A DNA stretch of 64,000 nucleotides from Catajapyx aquilonaris. Lineage: Eukaryota. A program made the translations under genes and the position numbers. Every line of letters starts with the position of its first letter. Position 1 is the stretch's first letter. Positions 51,495 through 64,000 of the stretch are shown piece after piece. Where the stretch lies: assembly GCA_000934665.2 (NCBI GenBank), contig JYFJ02000754.1, forward strand, positions 1-64,000. The letters run 5' to 3'. The notes under the pieces are model-generated. The model saw only the letters and a list, made by a program, of their open reading frames with translations, did no database searches and had not been told where the DNA came from.

Positions 51495-52140
51495 AATTCA
51501 TGACAGCACGCTGCTTCAATTTCTTGAAATCCATCTTTGCCTACATCTGCCTAGCTTCGCACCACCACTGCTCATTCATTTCTGAGCGGATCGAGGTCAA
51601 ACTTTCGCACTTGTACAAGAAGGGTTGAAATCTACTTTAAAAATTATGCCGCTAAGCCATGTCCTTCATACCTAGGTAGATAACTTCTTGACCCTCCTCG
51701 TATCTGTCAGGTGGGTATCCCCAAAGTAAAAAAAAAAAGTAAACCCGTAATTACTGTAAATGAATAATGGTGCTGATCACAAGCTGTCCAATCACATTAT
51801 TGCCAATTGCCCATCTGATTTCACAATTTGTATGAATTTAACTCCAATTTGATTTGAGGCTCCTCCAAAAGTTGCAGATGACCCCCACTTGACCTTCACT
51901 TTGTTTCGAGCTTCCTTTGTTCAGCCCTCCTGAGTTGTCTCCTCAAGTCCCATGCTCCAGGGTGCAACATGTGTTTTTGCCTGAAAAGCAGTGCCTGACT
52001 GGGGCATATTAGGATCTGTACTAATCAGGTTAAAAATGAGGTCAGACTCCTCCACTCATGCTTTCAACCTTTGACCAAAATTGAGGAGAAAAAGTATGGG
52101 ATTTCCCTATGGATTGGAGTGTACTCAAGGTCACCCCAAT
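51495..52140 (+). repeat. Diverged segmental duplicate of ~44095-44505 (mariner end plus flanking DNA)
   Basis: Shared tracts gcctagcttcgc...ctcattcatttctgag, aaaaattatgccgctaagccatgtccttcat, gggtatccccaaagtaaaa and aaattgaggagaaaaag...ggattggagtgtactcaagg. Confidence 0.85.
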
Positions 52141-52245
52141 GTGGAGATTTGTTCATTTGAATAAATAGCGGGAAACGGGCTGTAGGACTTGAAAAAGGTT
52201 AGGACAGCCCTCATCCCCTTTTCCAGGACCATCCTGATATTCTAG

Positions 52246-53660
52246 GAGAGCGAGAGCTACGCCTCCTGGAAAGCGGCGCTCTCTTCGATGGATGAGGAAA
52301 TCAACCAACTAGCCTGCAACAGGAGAATCTCCGTCACCGACAAGGAGTCTGTTCCTGTCAAGATAATTCTTGGCGGGGACGTGAAGTTTTTATTGATGAT
52401 CATGGGACTCTGGAATGCCACATCAAACAACCCGTGCCTGTATTGTGCAGTGCACAAGAATGATCTGTGGAGGACAGATAGGACCTATGAGACCAGGACA
52501 ATTGCAACCATGCTGTGAGACCTTCCTACTGCTAGCAACGGCGTCCACCTAGTGTCGTTGCTAGCAGTAGAACCTTCGGATGTTGTGGTGGATACGCTGC
52601 ATCTGTCAATGAGGGTGGTCGATCGGTTGATGGAGAATCTCCTGATGGAATGTCAAGAAATGGATGCCCAGATTCAGGGGCCGGGAAAGCTGAAACCAAC
52701 AGCCAGCGTGGACAGTCTCCTCGAAGCAATGAGCGACTGTTTTGTGCACGTCAGATTGGAACTTCTAGGAGAGTTTTGCTCCAGAAGCTGCCCGGCAAGA
52801 TCCTGGAGCAGGGCCTTCTCCACCAGGAGACGCGACGGAAATTAGTCAGGCTATGGAATGTAAGTAAATGTGTCACGTGTTAGCATGTACCAACTAACTT
52901 ATATCGGATGTACTTTGGTGCTTTGCAGACCTTCGCGCATCTCTTGGCCCTTCTCGAGTCCACTGCTGAACCTGCCAACATCGAGATGGAAGGGAAGTCC
53001 TGGGTAGAGGAATTTGTGGCCCTTGGGGAATGTCGCCAAGGCTACTGCAGGAGTAGAGCTATATGCATATAGCGACTTGCCATCTTGGAGAATTGGTGCA
53101 GAGGTTCGGGGACATCACAGGCTTTTCTTCTCAAGGTATGTCACGTCACTACACCATATATTTGAAGTTAGTTAATGATTATAATTGCTTTGACTTTTAA
53201 TACTACTTATAATTCATATAATTGGGTAGTCATTTGGCCTTTCCGGTGTAGCACGAAACATCTATTAATCATGTCTCAGAGAGTAACACACAAGTGCATT
53301 CTCGCCCACTCTTATTTTAACACACCGTACATAATATTGCCAAGTAGTGCCCAATACCTTTTATGTAGGCCTGTAGATAAAAATGCACTATGCAGTAGGC
53401 CTCTCATGTACGAATAATGCTTATATGTATAAATTAAATGCACTAAGAAATTTAAGTAATATGTCTAAGTGTGTCAGTGTAAAATGCACAAGCCTAATCA
53501 GCAATAAATTCTGCTTCTAGCTCTTGAGAAGAAAAATGACGTACTCAAAACAGTTTTCCACAACACCAATTAGTGGAACGCAGGGGAAGATGTATTCAGA
53601 GCCCTGCAAAGAAGACACATCCTCTCTGCGTACTCGAGAAAAAAGCGGCACTATAAAAAG
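52246..53660 (+). mobile_element. Disrupted, intron-containing DDE transposase of the Transib/Chapaev/RAG1-core-like type
   Basis: ILGGDVKFLLMIMGLWNATSNNPCLYC, then VVVDTLHLSMRV, then MHIATCHLGELVQRFGDITGFSSQ spliced to ALEKKND. There are frameshifts and stops, and the N-terminus is missing. Confidence 0.7.
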
Positions 53661-54398
53661 CAGGACGATGAGTACTGGTATGGTGGAGGCATCGTACAGC
53701 AGCGAAAAATCCGCAAGCGAGGGCCAGGCGCAAGTCCAGGCCCTGCCTCCTAGCCCGACTAAAGGCCGGTATCCACGTACGAGGTTTCTCACATACAAGG
53801 AGCCAACTGTGCATGCCCGGATACGAGGAAAGGAAAAGTTGAAAATTTTCAACTTTAATCCCCTTTTCGAGGGACAAGAGGGGCCCTGAGGCAATAAAGA
53901 GTCCGTCTCGACGTACACGATTTCTCGCGTAAGAGGACTCGCATACGAGGAACTCGCACGTCGATACCGGCCTTAAAAGACTCACCAAGAAGGCAAACAT
54001 GCAGAAGAAGGCAGACGAGAAGTCCAAAGAAGATGGAGGGACATGGACAGGTGGAGCGGAGATGCGCCAGAGTTTAGGCAGGAAGATGGGAACTGATCAT
54101 AACCAGGGAAGGAGGGTTTTGGGTAGAAGAAATGGAGTCCCAGCTGACTAGATTTTACATGGACTGCATCCTTCCGGAACTGGCCGATCCCAGACACACT
54201 CGCTCCTTGAAGGTTCGCAACCCATCGTGGATTCTGCAGGCGCAGGGTGATCTGGAGGAGTAACGTAATGGAGAGAAGACGCCAGATTCCGGCAGTGGAA
54301 CAAGCAGGTAGAAGGCCAGGAGGAAACTACTACTTACAATTAGTACGTGAAGTGTTGGTGTGGAGTTAGTTCCAGTTTACAAACATTGCTGGAATACG

Positions 54399-54436
<38 letters not shown>
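54399..54436. repeat. (CAT)n microsatellite
   Basis: About 12 tandem cat units are directly visible. Confidence 0.95.
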
Positions 54437-54437
<1 letters not shown>

Positions 54438-54474
54438 CTTGCTGGTTAGTTAGTAAGTTACTATAGATAACAAA

Positions 54475-54655
54475 TACACTAAAACTTCTATAAGTCGAAC
54501 TTCCCTAAGTCGAAGAAAATGATGAGCTTGGTTGGTCACAATGTAAAATAATAGGGAATAAACTTCCCTAACTCGAAGTTCTCCATAACTCGAAGTGCAG
54601 GCAGGGCCTTACGATGGGATATCAATGCATTTTCAGTCTCTCTAAGTCGAAGTTC
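54475..54655. mobile_element. Possible pogo/Tigger-like MITE end with repeated taagtcgaa / taactcgaa motifs
   Basis: tacactaaaacttctataagtcgaacttccctaagtcgaag, with five copies of the taa(g/c)tcgaa motif. No partner TIR was found. Confidence 0.4.
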
Positions 54656-57600
54656 ATGTTGGCGAGTACGGAAAATTGTCTCATTTCCCAGCCGAAGGGT
54701 CGAGAGTAGGTCACATGTACAGAAAGGCTCAATTTCCTGATCTCCGTCAACCAGACGTAACCAAAGACGTGTTTGACTCGATTGTGACAATTGAATCCTT
54801 GAATCTAAGAGTAGGCAAATGTCCATAACGGAGTGTTTTTCTTACAATAAAACCACGAAAGAAGAACAGGGCGCTTTGGTTGAGATTGCCAGTTGCATTG
54901 CATTTATAATATTATTTGTAAGGAGAGTGTTAATTGTGTAATTCTGTGTCACTGACTAATGTTTCCCCTTTTTGTCTTTGACAGGTCTGTAAATTTCGAG
55001 TGACAACGATCTTCGTATTTTTGGAGGGGTCAGGTCGTGTTCTGAGTTCCACCTGAATGCACCTAGCCATTGATGAAGCTAACCAACCTTGCTCCAGTAC
55101 CGGCCACATTCAACAGACGTCTGCCCACATTCTGGAGGACTGAACCGGAAGGACTTGGGAGGGCAACATGGAGATAGAGGCCTCTGGGACACTGGGGTTG
55201 GATGGGCATCAATCCCGTACCATCAAGAGGTCCCTTGCGGGATGCTGGTGGGAATAACGGGCAGGTGGCAGTTGGGAAGAAGACCCAGGGGCCTAATCCA
55301 TGCCTTCTCCTTGTTCAAGACTATATACGCCAGTATCATTCCTGCATTCTTGATTTCAACTGGCAGAATGGTTCCCTCCTGCCCAAAATGTTAGGCTCTT
55401 ACGTGAAATACTTTCCACACATTGAACTGAATCAAGAATATTGTAAAACAATATTTTTTGCTGGGGAAAGCGTCTATTTTTTAAGCGTGGATGAGACATG
55501 CCATCACCACGTGTTTGGTCTACATGAACGTGCGTTGACATTGGCTTGTTCTGCCCAATTCCTGAGGTCCTCATATGTTGATCAGTCAGTCCCATATTCG
55601 TCGCATTGTTATGTCCTATTCTGGCAGGATTTGTATGCATTGTGATGATATTGGTGCATTTTCATAGGCAATGCACAGGTTTGGTACTAAATATGTCTTA
55701 TCAGAAGTGAAGTGTTCTTGTTCAAATTGACTTCGTATCATATTCTTCTGCTGGCTGCATTTTGTTGATCAAAGTGCAGTGTTTTTGGGTAGGATAGCCC
55801 CAAAATGCTGCGACTCGAATCTTGTTATTTTCTTACACTCACCGGTGGGTGAGTCAGAGTCTTGGGAAAAGGTTCACCCAGACATGAGGCAGTGTGTACG
55901 TAAGTAGATGACCGTTTCAAGGTGTACAAAATTTGTATTTTTCTTATTTGATCCACACATTAATTTTCACTGCTTCAAAATTACAGTGGGAATAACATGT
56001 GGACTGGTAAAAAGGAAGTTTCACTTGCAAACACAGTCCTAGACTTTTTTTGTGGGGTCAGAGATAGGCAAAGGGAGGCTTTCATCTCTACTTGTCTGTG
56101 TTGGTTTATACATGTACATTATACATGTATATTGTATGTACGAGTATATTGTATAGTATTAGTTTGTGAGGTTGCATCAGACTCAACCCATAAACCAACG
56201 TTTACTTGTACAAATGAGGGACCTTATTTCTCCCTTGGATACACATATATATTCACGTCGAACTGGGAAATTTTTACCTCTGGTGACAGCCTGACTCCCT
56301 GCGACACTGGTCCAAGCATTCAAAATGCTATATTTTATGAAAGCTAAACGATATAGTCATGTCTTCCTATCAAGCACTTGGACTTCTTGGCATCGTTTGT
56401 ATTTCTACTTTATCCAGCAGATCTGTACTGGATGAGACATATCCTTGTTCTGGCCAATTCGTGAAGTTGAGTCCAATCGTTCTCCATTACGGCTTGTTGT
56501 TACCTTTCAAATTCAGCCAACGAGTTTCACATTTTTCTTGTAGCGATCGTATGTTGACCCATGGGCGTAATTAATCTCTGTGAGGGCATATTCACTCTGT
56601 TCCCTAGGTTGTTTAATACCAGGACTTCATGGACATGTATGACCTTTAGGTCAGAATGCGTCTCAGTTGAGTCATTTTACATCATATTTTTGTGGTATTC
56701 ATGTGTGTTGCCTTCTCGCAGGAATTCACTGCTTTAATGGATGCACTATGTCACTCTGCTTAGAGACTGCTGCAACTGGTGACCAATATTACATGCCGCC
56801 TACACACTTATGAAATTACTTGTGAGATACGCAAGCGGCAAGGTTGACCCTACCTATTAGAGGCATATGTATGAGAATGATTAAGGATGCATTGGTGTTA
56901 AGTGCAATATTGGTATGCAAGGGTCAGTTAGCATCAGAAACAGGCAGTGGCGCTGTTTAATTTGAGTTTCCCGTTTCAGTATGTACATAGTAGTCTCCTG
57001 TCGAGACATACATGCAATTCTCTCCAGTCAGCATGTGCTGGTGCGTGTTGGCCGGAGAACAATGACTCATCCATCTCAGTTTTGTACATGGAAATTTTTT
57101 GGGCCAGGTAGACAGCCTCTGCAGCCAGTTTATTTTCAAATCCTTCACATCATCGCAAAGCACAATGGTAGAATGGAAATGGGCTTAAGTCCACTTTTTG
57201 GGATTTTTGAGTTAATACTACCATGTTACTACTTCAGTTTCAGCGTGTGTGCTGAAGGAAAATTGTATCCTGCAGAAAATGCCTAGGCATATAATAAATC
57301 TTTGTAAACATACAAGTGTTGATTCCGCATTTAGCTTAAGGGAAGCTGGAAGGCTTGGAATCTGCAAACGTTTCCAAAATGTTTTTGAAAACATCCTACA
57401 CTAAACATATTTAGCAAAAGGAAAGATGGTAATGAGTAGGACCATTTTCGTGTTTTTCTCAGCAGTTGATTCATTCTTGTTGAAATATTATGGTTCCCAC
57501 AAATGTAGAGACTGGACGCCATTGCACAATATCTTTCGCGTACCCCCAAAATTGTGTTCGCGTACCCCAGTTTGAAAACCCCTGTTCTAAGGCAGCATAA

Positions 57601-60600
57601 AAGTGGTGATAATAGACCTACTCGACACACTCCACCCATTTTGGTCTGTATTCATGATTAGTAATGCTTCATGTTCTTTGTATAAAACTGTGTTGAATCT
57701 TAGAATTAGATATGATGCAGTGCATAATGTAGCTTTGCTTGACGAAATTTATGGCTACATGCCTTTGATTTAATACATGTGGAAATGGAAAAATACTCAA
57801 CACCACGTGGGTGGCTACCCATTCATCGTCGGTGGGGGCACTTTTGAAGCTATGTTAAGGTGTATTAAAGTTAGCATAGAAAATTGGAGTAGTCCTCTTA
57901 TGTCGCTGGTTACTGGATGGTGCATGGCATTCGTCCTAATCGCTTTCATCTTCCAGTCTTTCAATTATGTTGATTGTAAGATCACTTGATAATGTCTCAC
58001 TTAGCACAAGGAACCATCTGTTCACAATTGATTCATATATATTTTGCAGAAGCTGCTGCCACGTGTACACACACCCAGCGCCATTGTCTTAAATTGTCAC
58101 ATTACATTTGTATATTATATTGCATATCCATGATGCTCTTTTCCCCCTCCCCCCAAGCACAAGGAACCATTTCTTAAATGAATATTAATTTGACCTTTTT
58201 AATGTGCTTGCTGGAATCTCGTGTTATGTAAGAGTGAACAGTTCCGCCTAAAATGAGAGCCCCATGGTTTTGAAATGTGCAGGTAATGTCAATGAAATGA
58301 TGGGCGTTGGGAGAAACATTTCGTCTGGTGGGAATTGTATGCATGGTAATTAACAGACTTTTTTTTGTGCATTTTCATAAACAATGCACATGCATCTCCA
58401 ACTCCAGGTAGCTCGACGGGAACTTCCTTCAAGGCCCCAGATAAAAACTGATCAAACAATGATCGTCTGAAACAGACTGAGTGTTGGTCATTTACAGAGT
58501 TGAAATAACTCCCAAAAATATTTTTAATTGATAAAAATAAATAAATAATGCAGTTCCCGGCCAAGAGCAATGTGCTGGGGGGGGGGGGGGAACGGGTTAA
58601 TTCCCTAATAGAGGNGAGAGGTAGGTCATCTGATGGGGCTAGTAAGTGAAAATATGATTTTTAATTCGCTTCTTTCTATGTTATGTGTCACCTTGTCACT
58701 CAGCCGCGAAGATAGCTTTCTCGTCATGATACTGGGTGATGCAGTAATTTGCATATGAAGGTATTGTTGACAAGGTTATATTAATTTTTGTGTGTGTGCT
58801 GGCAGTTAGTCGTTCTGCACAGTACCGACGACGGGGTCTCTGCATTCATGGACTTATTCTTTTTGCTCTCATCATCGATCCATGGGTGGTGCTGTTCACC
58901 TAATACTCTTGCTCTGCGTAATTTGAAGCTGTTTTAACATCAAGGGGAACCTTGTCCATATGGAAAATGTCTTGATTGCTGTTCACTTTTGCATCGACTG
59001 TGAAGTTGACATGGTGCAACTATGGCGCGCCTCCAAGTCTATGCAAAATTCATGCTGTACTTCGCTCGTCAAATCGCCCCCATGTAAGCACACGATGGTG
59101 TCAGATTTATGACATCTGCTGCCCTTGGTTGATTTCTGTGATGTGTCCAACTCGCCAAGCCAAGAAGATTTTTGAGGCCTGTAACCAATGCGTCCTTTTC
59201 TATGAACGTCAAGGTTGGTTGAACCGGATTCCTCTTCGTCTTATAACCTTCTCCATCCAATGACTTGAAATGTACTGTTGAGTGACGTTCAATAGTCGTG
59301 GTAGTAGGAATTGTCTTGTAAGAGAAATGATTTCGCACATTCCATTCAGATCGAATAGCTACTTCGGGTCTCTTCAGTTGGATTTGATGCTGAAGGGGTG
59401 GAAGAGTTATGCTTTCTTTGGGCCTTTCCCAACACTCCAGTCTCATTGTTTGATCTTTTTCAGCAGGACAGTATGAAATATATAACTTTACATACCGGAA
59501 CTAATAACGGGATCGTACAGTGGTGGCATCACAAACACATCTGAATGTCTCAGTCTGAATAGGACCGTATACTTAGCAGCTCCACATTCTTCTTCGTTGA
59601 AAGACCATTGAAAGTGGAGCCCCATGGTCATGCAATGTTCTGGCAATAGTAATGACATAATGTTGGTCGTCGAGAGGAACATTTCGTCACATTGTTATGT
59701 CATGTTATGGTGGTGTTTGGATATACAAGGAAATAGTGTGTTGGTGAATTTTCATGCACAATGCACATTTGGGGTGCTAAATGTCACTCTCAGAGGTTAC
59801 GTACATTGAAATTGTACAAAATGATTTTGAATCATATTTTTCTTGTGCCGTATTTTGTTGGTGAAAGTTCTCGGTTGGGATAGCTCTAAAATGCTGCAAC
59901 ATAAATCTTGTTATTTTCTTCCACTCGCTACTGGGTGAGTCAGAGTCTGCCTTAATAATTGGGATTGGGTGAGCGTTCTACAAGTCGGGTATGGTTCCAG
60001 AAATTCATCACGTCTCGAGAGCTCTGGGCTATATATTTATAACTTTCATAAAAGTAGTTCGTACGTATCAATCTTTTTGGCAAGTTGGTTGCAATGTCAT
60101 GGATTACAACTTAATGAAGGCTCCTGCGTTGAGCAATGCACAGAAGTGTAATGTATACAAGATGTCATACAAGGTGATTCTCTTGAATCCCAACCCAAAC
60201 ATTCCTCAGTAACTTTTAATTATTGTATGGTTTGTACCTCCCACCTTTACAATCCACTCTGCTTTACAAATTCTTGGGGTTGTCACTCACACATTCAATG
60301 AAGACTGCACATTGAGGGCAAAAAATTTATTCGTATACATCAGCCTGGAGAGTCAACTCAGTCAAGATAATCCTTAGCTTTACCATTTCCCACCATATCC
60401 CACAACAACAACTTTTAGGATATTGCCCTTTTATTTTGTTTTAGTACCTCCTTCCGGAGGGGGGGGGGGGGGTCTTCTGCTGCCAGCGCCGCCTGCTGAC
60501 CCCCATGCCTGCAATATACATCCAATATTACACTCTGTAGGTACTGTACATGCATACCTGCAGGCATCATTCACACTCATGTGTAGTATGTACTCACCCA

Positions 60601-61842
60601 ACAACGTGTCATCGTTGTGGGGGCAGCACTGGCGGCACCTGCATGGGTCCAAATTGGACCATGCCCCCCCTTGGCCTGCGCAAGTACAAGTACAAATTAA
60701 GTTAGTATGCGTTGCGGGTGCAAGTCCGAGTGATGACTTGACGACTTGACCAGCATCCTTCTGCTGGGCTGACTTACTTCTGCTGCTGGTGTACTCTTTT
60801 GGTCCATGATGCTGGCGGGTGACAACTGTAATGCAAGAGAACTTGGTCCGTTATTTGATTTCACACAATGCGGTTGAATCATCCAGTTAGTTCCATTGAT
60901 CCCAACTGGATTGATCCTAGGTGTCATGAAATTATCAAAAAAAAAAAAAAAAAAACATGGACCGAATCCAGTTGTTGCATCGACAGTTACATGATAGCAA
61001 GTGATGGGCCCCCAAATCCTGCCCCTTCACCATCAGACCCTTCACAGTGATGGCTCCCTAGCGGCCTATTATCCGACGATCATAAGAGTGAACTTTTTGG
61101 GAAATCCTTCCGCCGAAGGGCGGTCGTGATCTGCCCCGAAAGTAGTACTCATTTTTTTTTTCCATACGGACAGCAGGCAGATGCCGGGCACGGTGGGAAA
61201 TATGGACAGAGGGGTAACAGCGTGGGAAATAAGGCAGTTAGGGTGCAAAATGCGTGGGAAATGTGAAATGTTTCTCAGATTGATTAATTATACAAGTAGA
61301 TACATGATGCTAATATTGTTAGGGCTTTCTTCAGCAACTTTGCAATAAATGGCGAGCTGGTGGCAGTCGCCTCAGCAAACATGTCGTCAGCTGCAGTGAT
61401 GGCCTTAAGATAGTTTCTCCGCAGTGTTTGAGAGGAGGCTGGAAAAGCACAAAAATTTGTCCTGCTTGGAACGAGCAAGCACAGTTTGCAGCACAAAATA
61501 GCCTAGGCTCAAAAAATGTCCTGGCCAGCATTTGGTGCAGAATGTGATAATAATATGCATAACTTGGATGAAATGAGATTGGACATTACTTTGTGGTAAT
61601 TGTATTTTATTTTACTTCATAACAATTTGTGATAAGCAACGTACAGTAAGGTGGTAACATTTGCAATGCAGAAGTGAATGATAAAAACGTAGTGGATTGA
61701 GGAGGTGGAAGGTCGAATGCGGGAAGTATTGGACCTTGTGCACCTTTTGTTAGATGGGATGTTGATGCATCTTACAGAGCATCATATAGTACATGTAGAA
61801 GTCTTAAACAGGAGCACTGTAAAAAAAACTAACCCAAAAAAG

Positions 61843-63743
61843 TTACCCAACTTCATCGTCACTGGCGTTAAGGGGCACTGCCAGTACATCATCATCATCG
61901 CCAGTCATCACTAAGCTATCATCTAATACCCCAATACTGTTATATTCAACTTCCCTCCCCATCTGGTCTGCCTCTTCTCCATCACTCTCCTCACTGTCTT
62001 CATCACTGTCATTTTCACCAATCCTGATCACCAGGGGCTTGACTGCCTCATCTATGGCGACCTCTGCACTCCAACATTTGTCCATCAGCATCTGGACATG
62101 CTGGACTTCATTGGCCCACATTTCTGGAGTGATGTGTTTCAGTGCTTCTGCCCACACCTTCTTGGTTTGTGCCTCTCCAAACCCCTCCACTCCACTGTTC
62201 TCTGCATAGTACTTCTTGGCCACAGACCACACGAACTCAATCGGATTGAATTGACAATGGTAGGGGGGAAGACGTACCACTTCATGACCTGCTTCCCTGA
62301 CCATGTTATCCACAGCGTATTTCTTGTAGCCTTCCTTGTGCATCTGGGCCAGGTGAAGCAGCTCGATGCGGAGAGCATCCTCCGCGAAGGGTATGCGGTG
62401 GTCCCTCAGCCAGTCTGCCAGCTGCTTCTTGTTCCATTTGGTGGCAGGGAGAGGTTCATGAAGCATCTGTACAAAATACAACAATGATTAATGTAATGTT
62501 GATGGGTGATACCAAACTTATAACAAACTTATCCTTCCGGTAAACAGTTACATTGAGGCGGTGAAACTGACCCTAAAAGTCTAACTTGTGCTCTCTCCCA
62601 TGCAAGTCTTTGGACAAGGTGATTATATATTGTGCCATCTACGTACCGAGTGGTATGGAGCATTATCCATGACCAGGAGAGTCCCAGGCTTGAGTTTTGT
62701 CAGGAGCTTCTTGAGCCACTCGATGAAGGTGGGTCCATCCATCTGGTCATGGTAATCTTCACTTCGCTTCTTCGTAGTGAAAAGACGTCCAGCATCCTCC
62801 ACAAAGCCGTGTTCATTGCCAGCATGAATCACTATGAAGCGAGGTCCGTCTGATGAAGGCCTCTTGATGCAGGATTTGGCAGTTCCATCCTGCCAGGCGT
62901 AGGATGATGTTGTATTCATGTGGATCCAGGTTTCATCCATGTAGACGACTGGCCGAGGATTGGGCAGCTTTGCGTTGTTCCTCATTCGCCGGAGAAATGC
63001 AATTCTCTTCTCAGCTATGTCCTGCCTCTCAAGCAGCAACAAGCGGTTGTTCATCCGCTTCCATCTAAAGCCTAGCTTGCGCAGCACCGTACGCAGCGAA
63101 TCCTTTCCCCCAGTGAAGGGCACCTCTGAATTCTTCACGGCTGCAAGGATCTCCTCCATCTTGGTACGCTTTCTCTTCGCGTACATGTCATACACGATCT
63201 GGAAAAATGTGAAATTGTACTAATTGTTGTAAATTTATCAGAGTGAAAGAAAGCTAACTAAATATGGGTCCTTAATGTTTCACCTAGTGCTTGGGTGTAA
63301 ATGAGTAGCCCAATAAGATTACCAGAGGTTGCATGATGCAAATTTTTGTACAGTACATGAGTATAGGAGTGAAGGCAAAACTGGCTCACCTGTCGGATGC
63401 GGCTCAAATCAAAATCATCGAGGTCAGTCTTGGGTGCCATCCTCTTACGCTTCTTCCCTGGTGTGGACCTCTCCTCAGAATCCACACTACGGTAGCGCTT
63501 CTTCATGGTAGACAGGCCCCCTTTGCTCAGGTTGACATCGCTGTCTGCTGCTTGGGTGATGGGAATGATGGGCTCTCCTTCTTCTCCTGGTTCATAAACC
63601 ACTCCACATTCTCGACGATCTTGAACGCCTGCGTACCGATTGCACTCCCGTGGAAGCTGTGAGGTGGGTTGCTGTCTGTCGTCTGGGTTGAGGGCTGGGG
63701 TCACCTGGGCTACGTTGCCGGCTGGGTTGCTGTCGGTGGACAT
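61843..63743 (-). CDS. IS630/Tc1/mariner-group transposase with DD82E spacing (Sailor-type), ~509 aa; exons 63743-63390, 63198-62647, 62466-61843
   Basis: VYMDETW (D1), LVMDNAPYHS (D2) and RLPPYHCQFNPIE (E), with 82 residues between D2 and E after splicing. Two phase-0 GT-AG introns join without stops. An HTH-like LRTVLRKLGFRWKR lies upstream of D1. Confidence 0.88.
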
Positions 63744-64000
63744 GACTCGCGTGGCTTGACAAGGGGGGAAGAGGTGGAAGACACGGGGTATGGGACACGA
63801 GATACGGGGGACTAATTTTTCAGGCGGAAGGACACCCAACGGAAAGGTTGCCAGCTACGGATAATTCTTCACAGCTTTTAATCGTTTCCTTGAATTCTTT
63901 AAAAATGGTTAATATCAGATTCGATAGCATGAACTGGTAAATAGTCAATTCAAGCAGGATGCTTCAATGGTTCAAGTGTAGGGCTCAAAATACGTCCCTA

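Noticed and set aside
58577..58615. Poly-G run and a single N
   Set aside because: More likely a low-quality or assembly-junction spot than a biological feature.
61504..63998. taggctcaaaa...gtcc at both ~61504 and ~63979 as element termini
   Set aside because: The match is short, imperfect and in direct rather than inverted orientation.

Overview
This window is eukaryotic, intron-rich DNA, most likely from an arthropod (Gr-type chemoreceptors, TTAGG-like repeats). In order it contains: a decayed G2E3-like HECT ubiquitin-ligase gene (minus strand, running off the left edge); two intact 4-exon gustatory receptor genes separated by a foldback MITE; a GATAD1 gene with tandemly duplicated promoter/first exon and a frameshift in its last exon; about 10 kb of decayed paralogous LRR-like copies interrupted by a non-LTR fragment, a 20-bp minisatellite, a Tc1/mariner remnant and an orphan Gr terminal exon; an apparently intact ~42-exon axonemal dynein heavy chain (DNAH3-like, 23.2-42.4 kb) whose introns carry Harbinger-type MITEs; a convergent MITD1 pseudogene; a duplicated region with mariner remnants and proline-rich spliced segments; a Transib/RAG1-core-like transposase relic; and an intact intron-containing DD82E (Sailor-type) transposase near the right edge. 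All family assignments come from motif recognition by eye. No searches were run. I found no prokaryotic-type system, and I cannot claim a definite new system.
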